Assembly (NCBI GenBank): GCA_964016885.1
Contig: OZ024751.1
Location: forward strand, 13,206,001-13,270,000
Direction: 5' to 3'
Length of the DNA stretch: 64,000 nucleotides
Source: Eledone cirrhosa
Taxonomy: Eukaryota
A program made the translations under genes and the position numbers. Below, piece by piece: positions 36,875 to 48,864 of the stretch. The notes beneath the pieces were generated by a model. That model was not told the DNA's origin. It did no database searches and was given only the letters and a program-made list of their open reading frames with translations. Numbering within the stretch: position 1 is the stretch's first letter; every line of letters begins with the position of its first letter.

Positions 36875-36917
<43 letters not shown>

Positions 36918-36982
36918 CAGGGTATCCCCAAAAAATGGATACACAGCATTTTAATCAGTGTGTATACATTTTTTGGGACACC

Positions 36983-36985
<3 letters not shown>
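36918..36985. mobile_element. 68 bp Tc1/mariner MITE in (TA)n; partial copy at 37131-37181
   Basis: TA-CAGGGTATCCCCAAAAAATG ... CATTTTTTGGGACACCCTG-TA. Confidence 0.75.
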
Positions 36986-37029
<44 letters not shown>

Positions 37030-37234
37030 GGAAAAATTTGAACAGGGACAAAACAGAGAGGCAGTACAATAAATGTTTATTAATTTCACGCTCAGGAGAG
37101 TGGGGGGATATATATATATATATATATATATGTATACACACTGATTAAAATGCTGTGTATCCATTTTTTGGGGACACCCTGTATACATATATATGTGTGT
37201 GTGTGTGTGTGACATCTTTAATATAATTTTGGTA

Positions 37235-37286
<52 letters not shown>

Positions 37287-37648
37287 TCGTACGTACGTAA
37301 ACACATGCAAACACACACGAACGCCTGTGTGATGTAGGTGGATTTACAGACAAATTAAAGTCTTCAACAATGTATGTCACCAAGTCACAACTTGCCGGAA
37401 CACAACGTTTAAGGTCGAATAAATAAATAAACGAAAGAAAGAGGAAGGAAGCAAGGAGAGAAGGAAGGAAGATGAGTAAGGGGGAGGAAAGAAACATGAG
37501 TATGCGTGGGTGTAAGTATGCAAATGTATATAGCAGCACGACTGCGTCTATACAATTATATACGCATAATAAGTCTGCCATTTTGTGAAGGTCAAAACCC
37601 CAAATTTTGGGCTGGAAGTTACGTGTTTGTATATTTCTGTGTATGTAT

Positions 37649-37728
<80 letters not shown>

Positions 37729-37870
37729 TGAGTATGTCCATGTGTGTGTCACCTATTGTATGTGTTGTTGAATTTTTATTTGTGTATGTCCATGCGTGTG
37801 TCACCGATTGTATGCGTGGCTGAATGTATAATTGTGTATATGTTTACACGTGTGTGTATATATATATATA

Positions 37871-38021
37871 CCATTAATTCCTTTATAACGAATTAAACGA
37901 GTATAAAAAATTCGTTGTAACGAAAAATTCTTTATAACGAGAGACCTAGCACATCGAGCGTGTGGCCGAAGATTGAAAAAAATTTCGTTATACTGAAAAA
38001 TGTCTTTATAACGGAATTTTA

Positions 38022-38025
<4 letters not shown>
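37871..38025. mobile_element. Decayed Tigger-like MITE
   Basis: Repeated TTCGTTATAAC-like subrepeats between TA tracts. Confidence 0.45.
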
Positions 38026-38071
<46 letters not shown>

Positions 38072-38159
38072 TTAAAAAAAATGTTATATATATATATATA
38101 TAAGTAGAAGGGATATTTAATTTGTTGGAAATTCAACAATATATATATATATATATAAC

Positions 38160-38351
38160 ATTTAATACGGAAATAGCTCCTACAGGATTAGAAACTGTTT
38201 CATTCGAAATAGATTATCAGGAAAGCCCATTTCTTTCGAATGAAACAGTTCTAGTCCTGTAGAAGCCATTTCTATATTCAATTTTGTATACACTCTACTA
38301 ATATATTGAGTACTTCACTTACTGTGGTTACCCCCGATTGAACCTGGGACT

Positions 38352-38442
<91 letters not shown>

Positions 38443-38580
38443 CGAGTTAAATCGGGGGTAACCACAGTTAATATGGTAGTCGATACACTAGTGGAGTGTA
38501 AATATCATTATTTGATATAGAAAATGGCTTCTGCAGGACTAGAACTGTTTCATTCTTATGAAATCATCAAGAAAGGCTGG
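38160..38580. mobile_element. PLE pLTR fold-back remnant with degenerate hammerheads
   Basis: Minus strand 38175-38227: GGCTTTC CTGATAA..GAAA CAG..CTG TA GGAGCT; inverted copies at ~38238-38350 and ~38441-38555; TATTGAGTACT present. Confidence 0.65.
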
Positions 38581-38589
38581 TAGTTTATA

Positions 38590-38684
38590 TGAAAGATAGA
38601 GATATATAAAATAAGAATGTAAATATAAGAGGTTTTGATGTTGTTCATTGTTTACATTCTTATTTTATATATCTCTATCTTTCA
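38590..38684. repeat. Inverted repeat with ~34 bp perfect arms
   Basis: tgaaagatagagatatataaaataagaatgtaaa / tttacattcttattttatatatctctatctttca. Confidence 0.85.
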
Positions 38685-39665
38685 CTCTCTATCTCTATAT
38701 TTCTCTCCCTAAATTTATTTCATCTCTGACATTTTATTTTATCATAATATAACTTACAACTAATTAATTTATTTATTTATTGAAATAACCAATAAACACA
38801 TAAATATATTTAACATTATCATATTTATACCTTCGTATCTCTATATTTTAGCCACTCTCAAAAACCACTTTCAATAATCTTAATATGCTTAAATTTTCTT
38901 CACACATTTTTACTTTTTTACTTATTTATTTTCATATTTTCGTTTTTCATTTCTCACATTTTATACCATTTTGTATCATAATAGATGTAATATATTTATT
39001 TATTTATTTATTTATTTTTATTTACATTTATTCATGTATTAACGTTAATTCATTTATTGTTGATATCATTATTTTCCCTCTATTGTTCTTTCTCGCCGAC
39101 GTTATTTTCTTTATGCATGTCTCTCCTCTTTCTATCATCATTTATCCATATATTCTCTTCTCTCTATATTTTCTCTGTATTCTTTTTCTTTCTTTTTCTT
39201 TTTCTTTCTTTCTTTCCTTTATCTATCTCCCTTTTTTCTTTTTTTCTCTCTCTATCTTCTTCTTATTATTATTGATTTGAATGTGTAAATTTGCCGGTTA
39301 TATATATTTTTTGTAAGTTTCTGATGATCTGATTGAGCTAACATCGTATTTAAAATTGAGTGGCACTGCTCACAGTGTTCAGCAATTTTTAGACAACTTA
39401 ATCAGAGAAAAAATTGTTAGACTGTTAATAAATCCCGTTTTTTTTTGTACTGTTGACTATGTTATTCTCCACTTTTTCAATTTTATTACTCCAAGATAAA
39501 CTTACATAGGAATACAAGTGAAATCATAAACTCGTCATCTACGTAAACCTCTTATTGAGTCAAACAACGCCGTATACTATCCATAATAAGAAGTATTCAT
39601 GACCTTTAACTGGATTACCTATAACGATATTTTGTTAACCCTTATATATATATATATATATATAA

Positions 39666-39853
39666 TTATATATTCGTGTACAGACATTTGTGCATACACA
39701 CTAACAAAATATAAACAAAAGTATTTATTTCGCGATAAAGTATTGATTTTCTTCGCACGAAAAAAACCCTGGTAATGTATGACGAATTTTTTTTATAAGC
39801 ACAAAATGTAGACACCATCCCGAGGCCGAGGTATTCCGTACTTTTCTGTACTG

Positions 39854-39924
<71 letters not shown>

Positions 39925-40098
39925 TATATATATAGATATATATATATAATTATATATTCGTGTACAGATATGTTTGCATACACAATAACAAAATATCAAC
40001 AAACGTATTTATTTCACGAGGCTCGATAAGGATAAATATATATCAAATATATAAGATCCCTAGAGCAAATCCCGAGCAACGCCGGGCCATTCTGCTAG
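39666..40098 (+). mobile_element. Helitron 3' portion
   Basis: Hairpin CCCGAGCAACGCCGGG followed by CTAG|T at 40095-40098; shares tatattcgtgtacaga..tatttatttcacg with 3487-3553. Confidence 0.8.
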
Positions 40099-40325
40099 TA
40101 TATACATAAAAATGAAATTCGAATTTTATTTCTTGCCCTCGCACAGTTGATACATAAATGTAAGTATGCACACACACAGATATACATACACACCCATATA
40201 CACACACACACACACATATATACACACACACACACATATATATACATATGTACGTATGGGTTATATCGAACATTAATAATCATGTTCAATTCGTTTGTAA
40301 ACAAGCGGCTCGATATATGTATATG

Positions 40326-40425
<100 letters not shown>

Positions 40426-40454
40426 TATATCTATATATCTACATATATATATAT

Positions 40455-40606
40455 ATATAAAATCAAAAGATGGTTAAAAGAGTTCCATGGAACTCTTTTA
40501 ACCATCTTTTGATTTTATATTATTTATACTCCAGTCCTATAAACTGTTGAGTGCTACTTATCCGATATTTGCATTGCTTTATTGTGCTACAATAAAACTC
40601 ACCTCC

Positions 40607-40610
<4 letters not shown>
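40455..40610 (+). mobile_element. Small TA-inserted element with a perfect 66 bp hairpin; inverted copy at 60817-60980
   Basis: 40455-40520 is a palindrome centred on CCATGG; followed by TTGAGTGCT; dispersed homolog in the window. Confidence 0.7.
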
Positions 40611-40684
<74 letters not shown>

Positions 40685-40727
40685 GATAGATATGTATAGA
40701 TAGATACATAGATACATACACACACAT

Positions 40728-40758
<31 letters not shown>

Positions 40759-40989
40759 CCCAAAGACACAAACATACATACGTTTAGATATTGTTAAAGG
40801 GCCAGCAATAGTTAGGGTGTTATAGTTAAAGGGATTTTGTATCGGTATCCACCCGAGACACTCAACACTCTCTCTAATTACACCCCATAAAATCTATTAA
40901 ATGGCCTCTCCTTACGTCACAACTCCCTGCAGAAAATAACTTCTTGTTACTTAACAGTGATACATGCTACACCTGAACATGGTAGGCAG

Positions 40990-42935
40990 ATGTATGTATA
41001 TGTGTGTATATATATGTATATGTATGTAGATATATGTGTGTATTTATATGTATGTAGATGTATGTGTGTATATGTGTGTATATGTATGTATATGTAAGTA
41101 GATGTATGTGTGTATTTATATGTATGTAGATGTATGTGTGTATATGTGTGTATATGTATGTATATGTAAGTAGATGTATGTGTGTATTTATATGTATGTA
41201 TATATATATGTGTGTATATGTATGTATATGTATGTAGATGTATCTGTGTATTTATATGTATGTAGATGTATGTATGTGTATGTGTGTATTTATATGTATG
41301 TAGATGTATGTATGTATATGTGTGTATATTTATGTAGATGTATGTGTGTATTTATATGTATGTAGATGTATGTATGTATATGTGTGTATATGTATGTAGA
41401 TGTATGTGTGTATTTATATGTATGTAGATGTATGTGTGTATATGTATGTATATGTATGTAGATGTATGTGTGTATATGTGTGTATATGTATGTATATGTA
41501 TGTAGATGTATGTGTGTATTTATATGTATGTATATATATATGTGTGTATATGTATGTATATGTATGTAGATGTATGTGTGTATTTATATGTATGTAGATG
41601 TATGTGTGTATATATGTGTATATGTATGTAGATGTATGTGTGTATTTATATGTATGTAGATGTATGTATGTGTATGTGTATTTATGTGTATGGAGATGTA
41701 TGTATGTATATGTGTGTATATTTATGTAGATGTATGTGTGTATTTATATGTATGTAGATGTATGTATGTATATGTGTGTATATGTATGTAGATGTATGTG
41801 TGTATTTATATGTATGTAGATGTATGTATGTGTATGTGTATTTATATGTATGGAGATGTATGTATGTATATGTGTGTATATTTATGTAGATGTATGTGTG
41901 TATTTATATGTATGTAGATGTATGTGTGTATATATGTGTATATGTATGTAGATGTATGTGTGTATTTATATGTATGTAGATGTATGTATGTGTATGTGTA
42001 TTTATATGTATGGAGATGTATGTATGTATGTGTGTATATTTATGTAGATGTATGTGTGTATTTATATGTATGTAGATGTATGTATGTATATGTGTGTATA
42101 TGTATGTAGATGTATGTGTGTATTTATATGTATGTAGATGTATGTGTGTATTCATATGTATATGTGTGTATATGTATGTAGATGTATGTGTGTATTTATA
42201 TGTATGTAGATGTATGTATGTATATGTGTGTATATGTATGTAGATGTATGTGGGTATTTATATGTATGTAGATGTATGTGTGTATATGTGTGTATATGTA
42301 TATATATGTATGTGGGTATTTATATGTATGTAGATGTATGTGTGTATATGTGTGTATATGTGTGTATATGTATGTATATGTATGTATATGTATGTAGATG
42401 TATGTGTGTATATGTATGTAGATGTATGTGTGTATTTATATGTATGTAGATGTATGTGTGTATTTATATGTATGTAGATGTATGTGTGTATTTATATGTA
42501 TGTAAATGTATGTATATGTGTGTATATGTATGTAGATGTATGTGTGTATTTATATGTATGTAGATGTATGTATGTATATGTGTGTATATGTATGTATATG
42601 TATGTGTGTATTTATATGTATGTAGATGTATGTGTGTATTTATATGTATATGTGTGTATATGTATGTAGATGTATGTGTGTATTTATATGTATGTAAATG
42701 TATGTGTGTATATGTATGTGTGTATATGTATGTGTATGTATATATGTATGTGTATGTACATGTATGTAGATGCATATGTATATGTATGTATATGTATGTA
42801 TATGTATGTAGATGTATGTATATGTATGTATATGTATGTATGTATATGTGTATGTTTGTACATGTATGTTTGTATGTATGATGTTTGTATGTATGATGTT
42901 TGTATGTATATATGCATGTATATGTGTATGTGTAT
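40990..42935. repeat. (TATG)-based minisatellite, ~28 bp core gtagatgtatgtgtgtatttatatgtat
   Basis: Direct inspection. Confidence 0.9.
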
Positions 42936-43573
42936 GGTCAGGTCAGCAGTTGGTGCTACTGGTAACATGTATCCCAGTACAACCTGTCTCATGGTCGGGT
43001 CGTTGGCGACTAAACTGGCAACCCCACCAAGGTTTCTTGGTGAGGAGGGTGACTTTGGACATCCTGCAGGACTAAAAACAAAACCTGTCAAATGGCAAAG
43101 GAGCTCTTAAGAGTCAATGGCCATCCAAAATCACCGGGAGAGATGACCCCTTAGCCTTTGTCACCGGGAGAGATGACCCCTTAGCCTTTGTCAAGGCAGA
43201 ATTCTAGGAGAAGGAAAACTCTGATATAACACCTGCAACCCTGATGGTATCCAATGATGTTGACTTGTTCTTCCTTTTGGTAAATATCATCTTGGTTAAG
43301 AGAGTGGGACTGGCTTTGTGCAGTGCCTTTACTCACTATAAAAGATTCACAGCACAGGCATTGCTTTGTATCTGGAGATCTCTCTGCACTTGTCGTCACA
43401 TGGTACCAAGGGCCCAGCACTATGTGTCAATAATTGTCACAAGTGTAGTGTGTGTACCAGAGTTTTCAAGTCGCTGGCTGGATTAAAAAGTCACTCGTTC
43501 AGCGCATCGGTAGGGGTTCTCCTACATGGATATAAAGTAGTGGCCGTACTCGAAAACGAGTTGGCAGCTACCA
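42935..43573 (+). mobile_element. Probable RTE-derived internally deleted (bipartite) non-autonomous element
   Basis: RTE-like 5' UTR sequence joined to a C-terminal Zn-finger remnant CHKCSVCTRVFKSLAGLKSH and a 3' stem-loop CTCGAAAACGAG; 30 bp tandem duplication at 43131-43193. Confidence 0.55.
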
Positions 43574-43646
43574 TATGTATATAGATATATCCTTACTCCC
43601 TCATTTTCGTTTTCCGTCTCTCTCTTTCTGTGTCTCCTCTTCTCTC

Positions 43647-43695
<49 letters not shown>

Positions 43696-43727
43696 GCTCT
43701 TTCCGTCTCTCTCTTTTCTTCCCCCAT

Positions 43728-43758
<31 letters not shown>

Positions 43759-43949
43759 GTGTGTGAGTGAGAGAGAGACAGGCAGACGACAGGCAGAGAG
43801 ATAGAGAGAGAGAGAGAAGAGGCACTGGAAGAGAGATAGAAAAAAAAGGAGAGACAGAGAATGTGTATAATTGTATATATATATATATATATGTGTATGT
43901 ATGTATGTCTATATATATATATATATATGTGTGTCTATATATGTATGTA

Positions 43950-43987
<38 letters not shown>

Positions 43988-44010
43988 TGTCTATATATGT
44001 ATGTATGACT

Positions 44011-44106
<96 letters not shown>

Positions 44107-44136
44107 CATATATGTCTGTCAATATATGTATGTATG

Positions 44137-44231
<95 letters not shown>

Positions 44232-44544
44232 GTCTATATATATATATAAATGTATATATATGGAGGGAGGATGCTATGATTTGCGTTGGTGTAAAACGAG
44301 GTGTGAAAGGTGGTCGCCAGGTAGATTCCTGTCGTAGAGTGTGTTGTTGTATCAGCCGTAATGCCGCCTTTATGTTGGCATCTATTGTTGTTAAGATGTT
44401 TATGGCCTAGTAAAAGTCCCCTATGTGGTCGACCCCATTTCTTAGTTTTACTTGATTTATACTTTGACTGTAATGGCTGCTAAACAAGACTACACGGCCA
44501 TCATTACACATTCAGGCTTGTTAATGGATTTAGATAGATTGAAT

Positions 44545-44583
44545 TTGTGTGTGTGTATCTGTGTGTGTGTGTGCGTGTGTGTC

Positions 44584-44635
<52 letters not shown>

Positions 44636-44793
44636 CATACAAATATATACATTCTTATACATACATATTACACGCACACATATATGTATGTGTATATACG
44701 TATATACATATATACGTACATATACATATATACGTATATATACGTGTATAAATACATATATATATATATATACATATATATGTACATATATAC

Positions 44794-44832
<39 letters not shown>

Positions 44833-45807
44833 CGTATATATGTGTATATATATATACATATATACGTGTGTATATATATATATATATATACATACATATA
44901 TATATATATACATATATACCTATGTATATATACATATATACGTATGTATATATACATACACCCTCATACATTTATACACATACATACGTATATATATATA
45001 TATATATATACCCAATACGTATATATATACACATAAATACATACGTATATATATATATACATACATACATACGTATATATACATACATACGTATATATAC
45101 ATACATACGTATATATATATATATACATACATACGTATATATATATACATACATACGTATTTATATACATACATACGTATATATATACATACATACGTAT
45201 TTATATACATACATACATATGCATACATACGTATTTATATACATACATACGTATATATATACATACATACGTATTTATATACATACATGCATACGTATAT
45301 ATATATACATACATACGTATATATATATACATACATACGTATATATATATACATACATACGTATTTATATACATACATGCATACGTATATATATATACAT
45401 ACATACGTATATATATATACATACATACGTATATATATATACATACATACGTATTTATATACATACATACATACGTATATATATATACATACATTCGTAT
45501 TTATATACATACATACATACGTATATATATACATACATACGTATTTTTATACATACATACATACGTATATATATACATACATACATACGTATATATATAC
45601 ATACAAACACACATATATATATATATACATACTTATATATCTATATATTTATACATACATACATACGTATATACATACATACGTATATATACATACGTAC
45701 ATACGTATATATATATAAATACAGACATACATACATACATACATACGTATATATACATACGTACATACGTATATATATATAAATACATACATACATACAT
45801 ACATACG

Positions 45808-45841
<34 letters not shown>

Positions 45842-45910
45842 AACACACATATATATATATATATATATACCTAAATATACATACATATATATATATATAC
45901 ACACACACCC
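44545..45910. repeat. (TA)/(TACA)/ATACGT compound microsatellite
   Basis: Direct inspection. Confidence 0.9.
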
Positions 45911-46184
45911 ACATATAACCAACTTTATCCAACCCTGTAGTAACAGGTATTTCTATCGTTCTATCATTTAGTTTCTCTTGTTGTTTATTTTGTATTTTTA
46001 TCTGAAATTGTTGTTATTGTTCTTTTCTTTTTACGTTGTTTTCATTGTTGTAGTTGTTGTTGTTTTTATTTTACTGTTGTATTTTATTATTGATTTTATT
46101 GCCATTGTTGTTGTTGTTTAACCCTATGACATCTCTGATCCACCCGACGGCTATAACCTAACCTTTTTGTTGTTGTTGTTGTAC

Positions 46185-47692
46185 TGGTGGTGGTGGTGGA
46201 GAGGGTAGTGGTTGTTTGTGGTGGTAGTGGTGGTGGTGGTAGTGGTGGTGGGAGTGTTGGTTGTGGTGGTGGTGGTGGTAGTGGTGGTGGTGGAAGTTTT
46301 GGCAGTGGTGGTGGTAGTGTTGGTTGTGCTGGTGGTGTTGGTTGTGGTGATGGTGGTGTTGGTTGTGGTGGTGGTGGTGGCGGTGGTAGTGGTGGTGGTG
46401 ATGGTAGTGGTGGTGGTAGTGTTGGTTGTGGTGGTGGTGTTGATGGTGGTAGTGGTGTTGGTGGAAGTTTTGGCAGTGGTGGTGGTAGTGTTGGTTGTGC
46501 CTGTGGTGGTGATGGTGGTGTTGGTTGTGGTGGTGGTGGTGGCGGTGGTAGTGGTGGTGATGGTAGTGGTGGTGGTAGTGTTGGTTGTGGTGGTGGTGGT
46601 GGTGGTAGTGGTGGTGGTGGACGTTTTGGCAGTGGTGGTGGTAGTGTTGGTTGTGCTGGTGGTGTTGGTTGTGGTGATGGTGGTGTTGGTTGTGGTGGTG
46701 GTGGTGGCGGTGGTAGTGGTGGTGATGGTAGTGGTGGTGATGGTAGAGGTGGTGGTAGTGTTGGTTGTGGTGGTGGTGGTAGTGGTGGTGGTTGTAGTGT
46801 TGGTGGTGATGGTGGTGGTAGTGGTAGTAGTGGTGGTGGTGATGGTGATGGTGATGGTGGTAGTGATGGTGGTAGTGGTGGTAGTGTTGGTGGTAGTGTT
46901 GGTTGTGGTGGTGGTGTTGGTGGTGGTAGTGGTGGTGTTGGTGGTCGTAGTGGTGATGGTGGTGGCGGTGGTAGTGGTGGTGGTGGTGGTGGTAGTGGTG
47001 GTGGTGGTAGTGGTGGTGGTGGTAGCGGTGGTGGTGGTGGCGGTGGTAGTGGTGGTGGTGGTGGTAATGGTGGTGGTAGTGGTGGTGGTTGTGGTGGTGG
47101 TTGTGGTAGTGGTGGTTGTGGTGGCGGTGTTGGTTGTGGTGGTGGTAGTGGTGGTGGTGGTGGTAGTGGTGGTTGTGGTGGTAGTGGTGGTGGTAGTGAC
47201 GGTGGGGGTGTTGGGGGTGGTAGTGGTGGTGGTGTGGTGGTGGTGATAGTGGTGGTGGTTGTGGTGGTGGTGGTTGTGTTGGTGATGGTGGTGGTTGTGG
47301 TGGTGGTGGTGGTGGTTGTGGTGGTGGTGGTTGTGGTGGTGGTAGTGATGCTGGTGGTTTTGGTGGTGGCGGTGATGGTTGTGGTGGTAGTGGTGGTGGT
47401 AGTGGTGGTGGTTGTGGTCGTGGTTGTGGTGGTGGCGGTGGTTGTGGTGGTTGCGGTTGTGGTGAATTGTGGTGGTGGTGGTGGGGGTTGTGGTGGGGGG
47501 TGGGGGTTTTGGTGGTGGTGGTGATTATGGTCGTGGTGACGGTTGTGGTAGTTGTGATGGTGGTTGTGATGATGATGATGGTGGTGGTGATGGTGCTGGT
47601 TATGGTGATGGTGGTGGTGGTGGTGATGATGGTGGTGGTGGTGGTTGTCGTGATGGTGGTTGTGGTGATGGTGGTGGTGGCGGTGTTGGTTG
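46185..47692. repeat. (GGT)n low-complexity block with internal duplications
   Basis: gttttggcagtggtggtggtagtgttggttgtgc recurs three times. Confidence 0.9.
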
Positions 47693-48200
47693 TTTGACCC
47701 CGTGTCAGCTCTGATCCACCTGACCTATAATGAAAGACCCTGTTTTTTTGTTTGGTTTTGTTATTTGTTTGTTTTGTTTGCTTTTGTCCTTGTTTAGCCC
47801 CAGGTTAATTCTGATCCCTTAAACCTATCATTAAAAAAAGTGGTGCTTGTTGTTGTTGTTATTGTTACTCTGCTTGTTTAGCCGCAGGTTAACTCTGATC
47901 CAACAAACTAGTTATCAAAGAACTTGTTTTACTTATACTTTCTTAGCCCTAGGTCAATTTTGATATACCAAACCTATAAGCAAAAAACTTGTTGTTATTA
48001 TTATGGTGCTTGTTTAGCCCTGGGTCAAATTTGATCCAGCAAAGCTATAATCAAAAGGCTTGTTATTGTTGTTGTTGTTGTACCTGTCTAGCCTCAGCTC
48101 AACTTTGATCCACCAGACGTATAATCAAATATACTAATTTTATCCTTATTTATTTATTATTGTTACTGTTGCTGTTTAGCCGCAGGTCAATTTTGATCGA
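47690..48200 (-). repeat. Degenerate tandem of about seven retroposon 3'-tail modules
   Basis: TGTTTAGCCCCAGGTYAAYTYTGATCC..ACCTAT preceded by (GTT)n at ~47693, 47793, 47876, 47943, 48013, 48087 and 48175. Confidence 0.65.
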
Positions 48201-48206
48201 CTAGAC

Positions 48207-48563
48207 CAGAAGTTCTCAAACTTTTTGGGCCACTGCACCTCTCAAGGCCACGTAATACCCCCACCCTCACCCCAGCTCCACCCCACCCCCACCCATATTT
48301 CCAGAGAGACGTGCCGACACGCAAATTGTAAATAAAATATAATAAATAAAATTTTTAATTTATATATAATAAATAAAATAATATATACTATGTATAAATA
48401 AATATTATATATTTTTTTTTATTTTACTATATTTATATATAATATGTATCATTTGATATTTAATATACTATTATATAACCTCTACTGCCACCTTGGGCCC
48501 CATCGCTTCCTGGACCTTCTCAACGCCCCCGGAGGGCGGTAGTTCCCACTTTGAAAACCTCTG
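48207..48563. mobile_element. hAT (Charlie-type) MITE
   Basis: TIRs CAGAAGTTCTCAAA / TTTGAAAACCTCTG with a perfect 8 bp TSD GACTAGAC (48199-48206, 48564-48571). Confidence 0.9.
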
Positions 48564-48864
48564 GACTAGACCTTGGGGTGGGGCTTGTTTAACAGTTATA
48601 AATATCAGTGGTGAAATAAGGTAGGTTCTCTCTTTGCTGGCTGTTACCAAAATTTAAATATTTACCTGTATCAAAAAATCAACTGACGCCATATACACTT
48701 AAATCGCTATAAAGATTTCACATTTTCTAATCAATAGGTGTGAGCAGGTGTCAATGAAACGATCTGATAATCTATTGTAATTTAGGATGTTGGTGGTGGT
48801 TGTTGGCAGTATTGGTCGTGTTTGGTTGTAACAATGTTGTTAGTCATAGTGGCTTTATTGGAGG

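Noticed and set aside
42935-43030. HDV-like ribozyme at the RTE-like 5' end
   Set aside because: P4 and CTAA-like elements are present but a convincing P1/P3 could not be assigned by eye
45931-45950. miR-10-like seed AACCCTGTAG
   Set aside because: Match stops after ~10 nt and there is no pre-miRNA hairpin
46187-47524. Gly-rich structural-protein-like ORF (also 4-612 and 21809-22495)
   Set aside because: Almost pure GGT codons that slip into poly-Val; typical triplet microsatellite
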